Assembly: GCF_001949145.1 (NCBI RefSeq)
Contig: NW_019091359.1
Coordinates: 2,244,540 to 2,308,539, forward strand
DNA length: 64,000 nt
Direction of reading: 5' to 3'
Source: Acanthaster planci
Lineage: Eukaryota
Shown: in pieces, positions 35,701 through 47,857 of the stretch
How the letters are laid out: each line of letters opens with the position of its first letter
How positions within the stretch are numbered: the first letter of the stretch is position 1
The notes under the pieces: model-generated
What the model saw: the letters and a program-made list of their open reading frames with translations, nothing else
Databases searched by the model: none
Told to the model about the DNA's origin: nothing
Position numbers and translations under genes: made by a program

Positions 35701-38291
35701 TTGCCTGTCACTGACAGGTAATGATGCCCAGCAACTTTGTTCAATGCTGACAGGCTGTCAGTAACAAAGTTGCTGGGCAATATTGCACGCTATTGTTGGA
35801 TGCTGGGAAGTCTGTCAAAGTGGAAATTTTTGCTTCATGACTTTGTTCAGAAATAGGAAGAACCACACAAATGAAATCCCAAAACCAGCCCAAACAAAAC
35901 GGTACAGAAATCTGGTTTCCAGTTAATTCTTGCCATGCAGTTAACTACCACGACTTGGAATAAAAGATATTAGTCATCAGTAGTTAGTAATTTTCTGTCT
36001 GTTTTCCAATTTGAATGTGTACACGAAGTGTTTATTGCAGATTATAATGGATAAATTTATTTACCCTCGGCAAAGCCCTGCATGGGAAGCATAGGGCAGT
36101 GAGTTTACTTCTGACAAGAGGCAGTTATCCAGTTGATCAAGCAGACAGCTGTGGATCCACTCCTTTGATGGATGCACTGAGAGATGGCTTTGTTGATATA
36201 GCTCAGCTTCTTGTAGATCAACAAAAGGTACAGTCAATATGCCCTGGCGCTTGAAAACTGTGTTTATTCAGGACGTTGATGAATCCAATAGGCTTGCAGT
36301 GGGGGCAAAAGGAATTTGGGTTTTTGAAATAAAAGGAGAATGTGATTTGGGGATTAATCATTTCCCCTCCTTCTCAACGCATATGAAGCCCCAAAATGGC
36401 CTCGGCCCCCCCCCAAAAAATTTCTTAAATATTTTGCTCCCTCCAAAATAAAAATTTGGTTTAGGATCTGCCCTTGATACAGTGTGACATTAAAAGTACA
36501 AAGAAATTCCTAGAGAACAAAGAGAATCTGTGTCCAATGGCATATCCTGAAGAATGACCTACATGTACAAAGAAATCAAGAAGTTGACATTGTGCAATCC
36601 CTAGCCAATCATAGTGTCCGGAACAATCAGGACAGTACGAAATACCATCCTTGCTGTGGGAAGGACCTTTGAAAGTCCATTGGCTTTTACTGTATGCACT
36701 TATTGCTTCTACCTAATGCCTACCCAAGGGCCCTGGTAATTGCTGATTTCTTTGAACTGTCATTGGCTAGATCTTAGTGAACCAATTTACCCAGCTCAAC
36801 TCTTCCACTTGTGCATAGAGTAGAGTATTGAGCTATCCATACTGCTTTATATTTCCTTCACAAGTTTTCATGAGAATACCAGGGGCCTCATTTGCAGCAA
36901 GGTATGAGATGGAGAGAACCCCCCCTGCTTTGTGTTGGTCATTGTCTCGCAGGAATCTGGGGAATTCCTTTCAGACATCTTGGGGGATGTATTAAGTAAC
37001 AATAGTCTGGAATGTGTATAGGGATTCGACATGTTGGGGGGGTACCCCTCGGTCTCATTTCTTGCTGGGTATAAGGGGCCTATAGGCATGAGCATTTGCA
37101 TTCTCATGAATATTCATGGCCAGACCTTCTCAAGAAAGTGGCTTGTGTCTTGTCCCTATGAACTTCTCCATTTTACCCATGTAGGCAGAAGTGCATAAAT
37201 GTGACATACTGGGCCGAATGGCAGTACACCTTGCTGCACAGGCCGGCTGCCAATCGTCTGTCACTTTCCTTGTCAGTCAGCAACAGGTGGGTGTGGATAC
37301 GCCTACCACAAAGGGTGGAAGCACGCCATTGCACCTGGCAGCCAAGGTTAGAAACTACATAGCAAGTCTTTGTAGCAAGTCTAAATTATGCAACATGATG
37401 ACAGAACTCGGCAAACCTTTAACAAGTCGGTGGAATGTAAGCTCACTCTATGCACTAAAGAGTATTGAAAAAATTATATTCTTCATGGTCAGAGCTGTTA
37501 TAATGCACTAGAAGTTCTATGAATTTTTTTCTCAGCAACATCTCAAGTTCTTCTTCAAATGAGAGGTGAATCCAGTCAAATTTATATTTTTCATTGGTAC
37601 CATTCCAGGAATGCCATTTCACAATGCTAGAGACTTTACACTCTCTTGGAGCCAACATCAATGCTGTAGACGACAAAGGAAGAACGGGTATGGATGACTC
37701 AATAGATCATATGGTCTCTTGTTGCCCAAAGATGTACTTATCCCTCACCTGTCAGCTTCTTTATGTAGTGGCCGACACAAGTGGAAGGACAGGGGAGAGG
37801 AAAGGGGGGGGGTGTCCACGAAGCTGCCATTTATCAACGTCAGATCAATTTCCCAAGTTGTTTCCGAGGCTAATAGTTCAAGCAGGAAACTTTCCACACC
37901 TAAACAAATCTCATGACATCAGAAGTTGTGGCTTGATAGTGACATTGGTCTTCTAACAAGCTTGCTTGCTCTAAACTTGGCATTAGAATTGGTCCAGATT
38001 TTTGTGGTGTGATTACTTTCAATATTTTTTCCAAAGTTACAAAGGCCAGAAGTGAAACTTCAGAATTTAAAATCATCGAATCCATGCTTTACCTTTTGAC
38101 AGTTCATATTTCCAGCAAATAACATGATTTCTTATTGGTTTTCAGCATTGCACATTGCTGCTGCTATTCAAAACCGAGCATGTGTGGAGACTCTGTTGAG
38201 ATTGGGTGCGTTGGATTGCCCAGACAAGAGTGGACGCACACCAAGCCAACTTGTTCAAAAGCAAGACATTCTGAAACTCTTTGATATGTAG
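32788..38291 (+). CDS. ANKRD16: Ankyrin repeat domain-containing protein 16 (7 exons)
   Basis: GT-AG exons 32788-33137, 34513-34635, 35061-35158, 36076-36227, 37185-37346, 37609-37687 and 38146-38291 splice in frame. Diagnostic motifs: DGKRALHEAA, VDPLKRADWTPLHLACTK, NKDGWNALHIAAREG, WDTVSKNGRTPLHTAALHG, DSCGSTPLMDA. Confidence 0.9.
33169..33647. mobile_element. MITE with long TIRs and a 9-bp TSD in ANKRD16 intron 1
   Basis: GTGTGCATG|TAGCCCAGGTTGGA...TCCAACCTGGGCGA|GTGTGCATG. The right TIR contains an exact ~66-bp internal tandem duplication (about 33503-33633). Confidence 0.8.
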
Positions 38292-38912
38292 ACAATGTGT
38301 TAGGACTGGACTAATTGAATCACACGAACAAGGGGATGCACACCAAGCCAATTGGTCAAAAGCAGGACATTCTGAAATTCCTTGAGGACACATGAATTAT
38401 GTGTGGGGACTCTGCTGAGATTGGGTGCGTTGGATTGCCCGGACAAGAGTGGACGCACACCAAGCAACAATGTGTGAGGACTCTTGTTGAGATTGGACTA
38501 ATTGAAGCACCTGGACAACGGGATGCACGCCAAGCCAATTGGTCAAAAGCAGGACATTCTGAAGTTCTCTGAGGACATAAATGTGTGAGGACTGTGATGA
38601 GATTAGACAAATTGAATCACCTGAACAAGGGGATGCACACCTAGCCACTTGGTCAAAAGCAGGACACTCTGAAATTCTCCGAGGACATAAATGTGTGAGG
38701 ACTGTGTTGAGATTGGACTAATTAAATCACCTGGACAAAGGGGATGCACACCTAGCCAATTGGTCAAAAGCAGGACATTCTGAAATTCTCTTAGGACCTA
38801 AATGTGTGAGGACTGTGTTGAGATTGGACTAACTGAACCATTTGGACAAGAATGAATGCACATCGACCCAACTTGTCAAAAAGCAGACGTTCTGAAACTC
38901 CTCGAGGACACT
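38180..38912 (+). repeat. About 110-bp tandem repeat (about 7 units) derived from the last coding exon of ANKRD16
   Basis: Units TGTGTG(A/G)GGACT...GGTCAAAAGCAGGACATTCTGAAA start at about 38180, 38296, 38400, 38471, 38582, 38692 and 38803. Confidence 0.85.
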
Positions 38913-41119
38913 TGAGCAGTTATCAAATAAAACTTTCATTTACATTACTTCTTCCTTTCCAGTCAGTTTACCAATTGTTTAGAGATCCTACTATTGGAAA
39001 TTTTGCAGTGGACGCTTACGTTTTGCATATTTTCACATGACAACATCTGAATGTTCAGAATATCTCGTTGTTGTTCTTTCCTATATGTAATTCTTGCCTC
39101 TGCAGCCATGCATTAATATGTGTGATGATGAACGGCTGTGAAAGAAGTGACCTACAGTACACTGTTAACTATCACCGGCTCCTTGTTTCACATTCAAAAC
39201 TCATCATAAACATACTCATTTAGAACTCAAAACCTCTTACACTCAAAACAGTTCAGAGCACTTTGAAATATCAACTCATGGCATTATACAAATATTATGT
39301 ATGGCTGTATTTGTGTGGCGGACGGCAATTCTTTTCCTGTTGTTTTGGTCATTATGTCAGTGGGGACCCAATTCCTTGACTGGACAGTCGGGTGGACTCT
39401 GAAGAAAGCAAGGAACGATTTCCCTAAATCCAAATGTGGAATACTAACAAATTATTACACAAACATGGATTCTGTTAATGGTTGATTGATCAATAATTGC
39501 TTTTAATTTCTAATGCAGTATCAGTATCGAGTTATTTTGCAGGGCACTATCCAACACAGTCACACTACATGTACATTTACATGTACGTAATACAGAGGAT
39601 GCATCTGTGCACTTTATTTTTCTGACATATATACACTCATGTTGCTTTAAAATTTAAATTACATACTGCTGATTCTTTCTCACAATCACAAGAACAATAA
39701 TCATAAAAGTTCATTTATTTCTTAAAATCAAATTTCGAGTTTGAGGTCGATTTCTGAAGAGCCTGCGTTCAAAAATGAAATTTCCACTTTTTACACAAAT
39801 AGTTAACCACATTAACCTCAGCTGCAAAGGAGTGGTCAGAACCGTAAGATCCAAGTTGGTCAGCTGGCTATAGGTGGCTAGCCTTTTTTTAACCTGATTT
39901 ATTTACCAATGCATCTTCTACATTCAACACCCTGTCACTGAATGTTATTCAAGAGGTAGAAAAATATATTTTTATAGAAAAACATGAAATCCAACACTTT
40001 ACATTTCCAATTTCAAGAAGAGAAGATTTATATCATGAAAGCCTGGTTCATACAAGGAACTACAGTGAACGTGAACACAAACTTGGAACATCCTATATTT
40101 ATGAAGCAAATTCACAAAAAGTTGAACACATTTTGGATTATGCAATCAATCTTTTGTTGTCAAATTCACTCAGCATTCACAATTGTGTCTGGCCTTTATG
40201 CTGCCTTCCATGAATAATCTTATCCAGTCCATGTTGCAACCCAACCCATCTAAGCAAATTGGATATCAACCGAGCTACTGCACTTTCAAGCTACGGATGC
40301 ACAAATGAACTTTGCAGAAAAGAAACCAATGGAAACTGTGAACTATTCCATCTATATATTCATTCCCATGATCACCGTTACGTCAGACTGATACACATGT
40401 ACATGTACATCCAAATGCTGAATAGTTTGCTATGTGTTTTTAAGTGCGCATATTGTACATACAACATCTACACGTAGATATGCCATGGACATGGAACCAA
40501 GACTACTTTTGGAAAAGCTTCAGGGTAAAGTGTTGGGAAATTCTGACGAAGAACCTTTTTGAATGAAAAAAATCGTCCACTGTAATGCTCTCCTTTTCAA
40601 GAAGCACCAAGCCTAAAGGAAATGGGCTGGATTCTGTTTTCTTTCATCCAACAAAATCAATACCTGGTGGATTTTAAAGGATCTAGGAAGGTAAGGGTCA
40701 AGCCACTGACAACCTGATATGCAGTGAGTACCATTCTTTGAGTACAATGTATATGATTTGAACAAATCAGGGAGGTCTGTGATAAAATAGAAACACCTTC
40801 GTATTTAGATTAGGTACATAGCTTTTTGGTACTTGTCTGAATGAGACAGTTCGAAATTCCAACAGCGAATGCCCAAACTGAAGTGTGCCCAAGGCTACTT
40901 GGGTACAGCAGCACACGCGGGCATAAGTCGCATGTGCTTGTTCCCAAAAGACCTTGCCTTTTTGAAATATCATAATGGCTGATTCTTGCATTATTATTAT
41001 TGTTTATTTCTGGTAATGACATCAAAGATTCCTCAAAAGTGCCATAAGCACGGCAGTTTGCAAGCCTGAAGAAACCTGTAGAGAGGAAACAATGAGAAGC
41101 ACTTTAGAGTTTTAGAGGT

Positions 41120-41270
41120 AAGAGGAAAACCCCAAAGGAATATTCTGGGTAAAACCCACGGAATCAGGTAGGGACTGAAAACCCCATCCACATGTGGACC
41201 GGGCCGGGAATTGAACCCGGGACTGCAGAGGTGGAAGACGAGGAAAGAACCACTACGACAACCTGACTAG
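41120..41270 (-). mobile_element. tRNA-derived SINE fragment
   Basis: The minus strand has GTCAGGTTGTCGTAGTGGT (A-box-like) and CCCGGGTTCAATTCCCGG (B box), followed by a non-tRNA tail. Confidence 0.55.
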
Positions 41271-41552
41271 CATCTTTAGTACAAGAATTCCTAGACAAAT
41301 TCCATTCAAATTTCCCCCAAATCCTTTGTAAACTATAAAAAGATCTTAACATATTGAATGAAGGTGTTCTACAGTTCCTATGTGGGAAGAATGTGACAAC
41401 AGTGTGTAAAGAAATTTGGCAATATTCATATGCATGAATCTGGCCCGTGTTGTAATTGCAATGCATACATTATGACAATCAAATTGCAATATGTAATTCC
41501 AACCTTGGCAGATAGATATCCCATCTGGGTTACACCAACGTGAAATCCTTCA

Positions 41553-44500
41553 TTAAGTACTGGAGGTAAACCTGGCCTTGTGTAGAGCCTCTGCCTTGGC
41601 TTTCAAAACCACAAACTCTTCTTGGATAATATCCGTCAACTTCTTTCTGATTTCGAGCTGAAAATTAAAAGAAATAAACTGTAGCTTCACAGTCGTCTGT
41701 TACAGAATTCTGTGACATTTCTTTCTACTGCATCGATGCCTTTCTTGCAACCTGGGACAACGTCATGGAGCAGTATTGGCTGCAATGCCCAACCATGGCA
41801 CATGTATGCACGAAGGCGTCAAACACTCGAATGCCATGGTCTGGCAAGCAACGGGGTCACTGACCTCAGGGGATGATATATGTCGGGCTCCATGGGTCAA
41901 CTTTGATCTGCGTGATCGCTTGATTTTTACGCAATTGGTTGAACTTGTTGCGCAATTTGTTGATGGGATGTCAATCATATTTATTGCATGATTAACAAAT
42001 CATGCAGATCAACTGATCATGCCTAGCATATACACGTCACCAGCACCTGATACTACATAGAGGGAGATTGCTATGGTGTGTTTATGGGTCCTCTGTAAAC
42101 TTGTCCAAGAACTCTTTAGAACATAATTAATGGCTCAACTTACTGGCGACTTGCCTTCTTCTCTGAGATGTTGCAGAGCTTCCCTGAAATCCAACGGCTT
42201 GCCGATCAGCATGGTGATCTTCTTCCCAAATTTGGGGATGTATGGCTGATGGTTGGCAAGCACCTCGTCCATCCCTAAATGCCAGAATGGAATGACCAAG
42301 GGCAGCACTCTGCTTTCAGCAATGGCTCGTCCTACTCCTATAAACAGGGGGTAAAAGAACACTCATTGGTCACTTATTACTTGGGAAAGAACGATGAGAA
42401 ACACAACATCCGCATAAAACAAACTCGTTGGTTTTTACCACTGAAAATATCTGTGTGTTCATGTGTCATTTGTATTTAAAGTTTGTTTCGAGAACATTGC
42501 CACCTGTCTGTGTTTTGTATTTTGCAGCAACTCACCCCATTTTAATCTCATGAACTCCTTGTTCATATTCACTTTGCCTGCAAAAAAACCCACAAAAACT
42601 GGCACGTTAGTCTTTGCAAAAAAATGAAAACCATACAGCATGAAAATGTGACAACGATTCTTCCATGCAACGTGATATTCGGAAAGGGAGCGGTGTAGCT
42701 GGAGAAAAAGGGGCCACACAGAATTACAAGCACCCACTTGTATTTTACTGAGCGATGCTTCCCTGTTATGCCGAGATTTTATGATTTGCGAGCTTTCGCT
42801 CTAACAGTGGGGTGAAGTTGTATCAGTTAAGGTCAAGGTTTGAGGACTTCACACGAGCATACCTTCAGGAAAGAAGTGAACCCAATGACCTTTATGCAGC
42901 TTGTCAATGCATACATCCATGGGATGTTGGTACACACCATCTCCTGTATATCACCCAAAAAGAATTCTGTGATTATAGCTTAATTTTCCGCAATCATTAT
43001 GAGAAACTCTAATTTTCACATTACCAAAAACAACTTATCACGTTGACACTGATCGATGAAAGTATCAGAAAATGAAAGGATACTGGATTATTTTGAATTC
43101 CTCATTTTGGCCTTTAGAGGAGCAGGAGAAACTGCTCAACAAAGGAGTTTGTTCTGAGCTTCTTTGGAAAAATTCTTGACGACTATCACAGAGAAGTGAT
43201 TTTGTTCAAGTATTTTAATGAGTCGATTTAAGAGACAAACGAAGCACCAACCTCTCACTACTGGGATGCCTTGTCCAAGACTGAAAAAGTACACATGCCA
43301 TTTCTTTGTGCAGGTTATATCACTGGCTATCGGACACCTGTTTAGAAATGCCAAGATGACTGGATTAACCAATTAACCTCATAATGCAACTTTCTTGTGA
43401 CATTTGTTAGGAAGCTTCTGCAAAACCGATGGGACATTTTATTCTAGGTTTTGCCCTTACTCCAACTGTATGAGATAAGAATGTTCCAAGAGTTGGTATT
43501 AATATATTATAATTGACATTAATTTAGCTTTGCGTACTTTTCAATAAAACTAAGTTATGATTTCTTCTATCCTTCAAACAAAGTACTTTTACAAATACTG
43601 TGATGTTTTCAGCCTCTTATTCCACACCGCCTTTTATTTAAACCGTTCATGCCTTCATTTTTCTTCCAATGGAGCCTTTGATCCAGTCTTCTGACAGACT
43701 TTCAGAAACTTGAAAATAGACACGCAGAAACTCTGGATAACAGCTTACCATCTTGTTTTGTGTGGATGACCCAATCCTTTCATTTTTAGTGTTCCTGCGA
43801 GACAAAAACAAAGCAAAACATTCAACAGTCAATTAAAACAAGTTCCTTTCTGGATGTCTTTGGACCAAGCAATATACCGAGTCCGAGACAAAAATCAATA
43901 TTCACCCTGACTCCTGAACACACAGAAGAAACTATACTATGGTTTTCTAGAGAGGCTAATTTTTTCGATTTTCATCACACTTTACCCTTCATAACATTTC
44001 AACCTTTGCATGTACATTACAAGCATAAGTCAATGGCTTGCTACATGTACACAGCAAGGGTCAACACATTTTTCTTGACAAAAAGCTCAACAATTTTATC
44101 TTAAGTAAAATGTGTCATAATTTTATTTGTCCTTGGTAATTCTTCCAGTAGAAACATGCATATGCATGTATTAGGTACAAAGGGGGTCCATTGTGCAGTA
44201 GAATATATGCATGTAATCAGGTACTTAGGGGTAATTCAATCAGTAGAATACATGCATATGCATGTGTAGGTACAAAGGAGGTAATTCGTTCAGTAGAATA
44301 CATGCATATGCATGTAATTAGGTACAAAGATGCAAGTGCACAGTAACTGATAAATGTGCAGAGTACTATGTCATTTTAGAAGCAGTTTCGGAAAGAGTTC
44401 CGTACAAACACATCACTTGACACCCTGTGCACAAACCCAGTAAGACGGGTGCAAAAATTTCAAAGTCTTTTTGAAGTAAGTGATTGGATATTTTCCCTGC

Positions 44501-45036
44501 TTTTTAGGGAATGCTATCACTTTCTGATGGTTTAAAAACCACTGCCAGGTAAAATAAGTGATGTTTGTATATGGAACTCTGCAGTTTGGCCATATTTCAC
44601 AATAAGTTCTACAAGTTCCAGTGTTCCATGTTAAAATCTTGTTTGAAAAGTGCATTGTCTGTCTTACCCCACAGCATCGGATCAAAGCAAGAAATATGGT
44701 TTCCAACTGTAATAAGGGGTCGTTCTGGTGGTCTCTTCTCCACTGCATTGTACAGAATGTCTAGGTTGTGTCCTTGGAAATGATTTGCCCAATCTGTGTA
44801 CAAACACAAGTCTTACAACGTTGTGAATTTGTATTTGTAATTGTTGATCATGACAGGCCTAAAGTCAGTACTAAAGACTAAAAGTAATGCGAGTAGACCT
44901 AGTACGCCCCGGCAAAATACTTACTGAGATAAATGCGACTAATAATACCCGTTCCAATGATCATGAAACGGGATCCAATTCTCCAAAATGTCCCTGGCTT
45001 TTCAGGAATGACGAACTGCCATGGTTCGAGGGGCAT
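41553..45036 (-). CDS. TAFAZZIN: Tafazzin (cardiolipin transacylase), 8 coding exons
   Basis: Exons 45036-44925, 44793-44668, 43794-43749, 43337-43252, 42943-42863, 42577-42536, 42337-42144 and 41657-41553. Motifs: [22 protein letters not shown] (HX4D), [67 protein letters not shown]. Confidence 0.95.
44146..44330. repeat. About 50-bp tandem repeat x4 with a palindromic core, in TAFAZZIN intron 2
   Basis: CAGTAGAA(T)ACATGCATATGCATGT...AGGTAC units at 44146, 44197, 44241 and 44291. Confidence 0.8.
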
Positions 45037-46200
45037 ATTTGTGTCGAATCATTAAATTTACGCAAACGACTATCGTTGTCGACTGTGGCCAAAGCTAAGT
45101 GCCGGCCGTATCGTATTAAATATCGCCCTCTGTCATGTCGTCGAGTCCAGTGTGAACAGCAAGTACCAGCCGCCTCTGAGGGCGTGGCAGCGTGATGGGG
45201 GCGTCGCCTATTTCGGTACAGTCAAAGCGCTGGAAACCAGCAGCACTTGCGCTTGATCCCTGCCTCAGCCAGAGCCAAGTAAAATGGGCTACTTCCTTGA
45301 AATCCAGTGATGACTTGAAATATAAGCTCAAGAACCGCCCCATGAACAATGACCAATGTTTTAAGGAAAAAAGAAAGGAGCACGCTCAGAATAAGAAGAC
45401 TAAAAGGAATGATCTCCTTGCACTATTTCCAAAGGATTAAGTAAAAGCATATAGGGCTACTTGTGGACTTGGGAGCAAGGAAAATGTGAGGAGTTAACAC
45501 ACTTGTAGCAGTCTATCAGTTGTGACTGTTCTGTGCTAATGTGCAACATGCTCCAGTCCGTATCTCTCGGATTCTTATCTTCATACATGTATACTTCCGA
45601 TCGCCAGCTCTGTGTGGTCAAGAATTTAGAGGTCGCCTGATTACAAAAACTTTTCCTAAGGACAAAATATGAAAGAACATATTGCAAAAGAAAAGAACTG
45701 AACACATAAAACGAAGAAGCTACATATTCAAGAGATAATGTGACAAGAAAAATGAAGGAAAATACGCAATTTCTAAATTTCAAAATTTATTTTAAATCTA
45801 TTTTAATTTCAGTGAAAAAACACACTCTCCAAAGAGAGCATTTACTTTTATATTCCATAGGCAAACCCACTTCATAGTTTTTCATCATGGTACACACATA
45901 TACATATTGTTAAGCCCTAATTTTAATTTTTCAAAAAGTACTTTTCCAAGTTGCAAGGAGCTTGTGATTTAGTAGGACAACATTTTCATTTTGACTAGAA
46001 CTGGAAATGTAAAAAAGAAAAAAAAAGAAGCTAACCAACAAACTTGCTCCTAAATATCCTAAATGTACATGTATATCAAATTACATAATTAATCACAGAT
46101 AAATTAAGCAGTATACACATGTACTGGGACACTTTATATTAAAATATTGTATCTGGCCACAATGGGGCACTTAAATGTAAAAATATGATTGCTTTGAATT

Positions 46201-46557
46201 AGCCTTTTGCGAGTTAAATTTGAATAAAATCTGGTATAATGAGTTCTTTAAATTCAAGTGAACATAACAATTGGAATTCTCCATACTAAAGCCACTGTTG
46301 CTATATCTCTAATAATTCGGGGCAAGCTTTTCCTTAGTTACATAAGAGACGCCTTGCGGCAATACATTGTTCTCAATGGATAAGAAGGGCACAAAGGAAC
46401 CAGTCCATTCCAGAGATGATGGTCGCTATGAAAAAGCTTGCCCTGAATCACGAGGTATAGCAACAGTGTCTTTAGTCTGGGGAATTTAAATTATGTTTAT
46501 GTGCAATCGGATAACTCAGTGTACCAGATTTTATTCAAATTTAACTCGCAAATGGCT
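46201..46557. mobile_element. Fold-back MITE, about 355 bp
   Basis: TTTGCGAGTTAAATTTGAATAAAATCTGGTA pairs with TACCAGATTTTATTCAAATTTAACTCGCAAA. The inner arms also pair (CACTGTTGCTATA/TATAGCAACAGTG; GGGCAAGCTTTT/AAAAGCTTGCCC). Confidence 0.75.
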
Positions 46558-47130
46558 TATTGCAAGTAGTACCTTTCCTTTAAAAATAAAAATTCCTTAA
46601 TAATATTTGTACCATTCAGTCAGTCATTAGGAACATTTTACACATCATGCATCACTCAAATGTCAGAACACATTTAAATTCAATTATGAAGAACATAAAT
46701 GCATTAATGTAATTCCAGACAAAGTGTTTCTTGCTGTCATTAAGCATACAAGTGTAACAAACGAACTTAATAAAATACTTTGCTTTACAACTCAGGTGAA
46801 CTTTTTTAAGAGGGGTGGCAGCTGTGACAAAATGTCACAAAAGCAAAAAAAAAAAACAAGGGAAAAAAGCGATGTATTTTTTGTTTTGTTTTTTAAGGTT
46901 TTATCAAAATTAAAAATAAAGCACACTACAGGATTAGTAACCTTGGGTTTGAGCCAGAAAAAGGCTATTAACCACATCATGTTCAAAAATACATGCATAT
47001 CACCAATTGTTTGAAATGGAATATGTGAAATAAAAATTCAGTAGAGGTAATTTGGTCAAACAGGTCTTCCAAGGAAGCATATAATATTGTTGATAATAAC
47101 TAGTGCTGTGAACAACCACACATCAGGGGT

Positions 47131-47426
47131 ATACATCAAAGATCATATAGCGCCCCAAAGCGGCGCAAGATGGTGAACTTCACCAGAAACACACGTAAAA
47201 CGTTGTTATCGCATAGGCACCATTTGAGCAAGCGATACGCCTGCGCAATGCACATTACTGCACAGGCGCAGGCGCCGCGGCAGGCACGTGCACCTGGTGA
47301 GCCTGCGCCCAAGCATTACTGTAAACTGTGCAGGCGTATCGCTTGCTCAAATGGCGCCCATGGTAATTACATCTTTTGGGCAGAGTGATCCATCTTGCGC
47401 CTTTGGTGCTTTACGATCTTTGGTAT
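47131..47426. mobile_element. Fold-back MITE, about 295 bp, with a GC-rich core
   Basis: CAAAGATC...GGCGCAAGATGG...CCATTTGAGCAAGCGATACGCCTGC pairs with GCAGGCGTATCGCTTGCTCAAATGG...CCATCTTGCGCC...GATCTTTG. Confidence 0.75.
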
Positions 47427-47857
47427 CCATGTATGTCAATCACTGAATGAGAATTTTCATTGGACTGCCGCTGAATCAGTCACTGAATCATTTCCATCAA
47501 GCTCTGTATCTACACGTAAATATATAATGCCAACATCATAGGCAACATGGTTTTTCCATGTATTTTGTGGTGGAAAGATGGCTTATTGGTAAAAGAAATT
47601 CAACAAAACAGAGGTAATGAGAAAACCACAACTTTGCTAGTACTCACAGTGCATTAAGTACAGTATTGTATCGTCCAAATGGCAATTTTACAAGAAATCA
47701 ATTAAAGGACTGGTTAAATCTAAATTTAGTACAACTGAAATGGGTAAGTGGTAAATTTTGAAGAGTCAGAGAACACTTTGTTAGTGCGTATTCCATTCAT
47801 TCATTCTGTGAAAATTCAAGGCACTAAAGTGTAAAACCTTGGTAGATACATTTGTGT

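Noticed and set aside
38180..38912. CRISPR-like repeat array
   Set aside because: Whole units are homologous with no unique spacers, they derive from a host exon, and no cas genes are present in this eukaryotic context.
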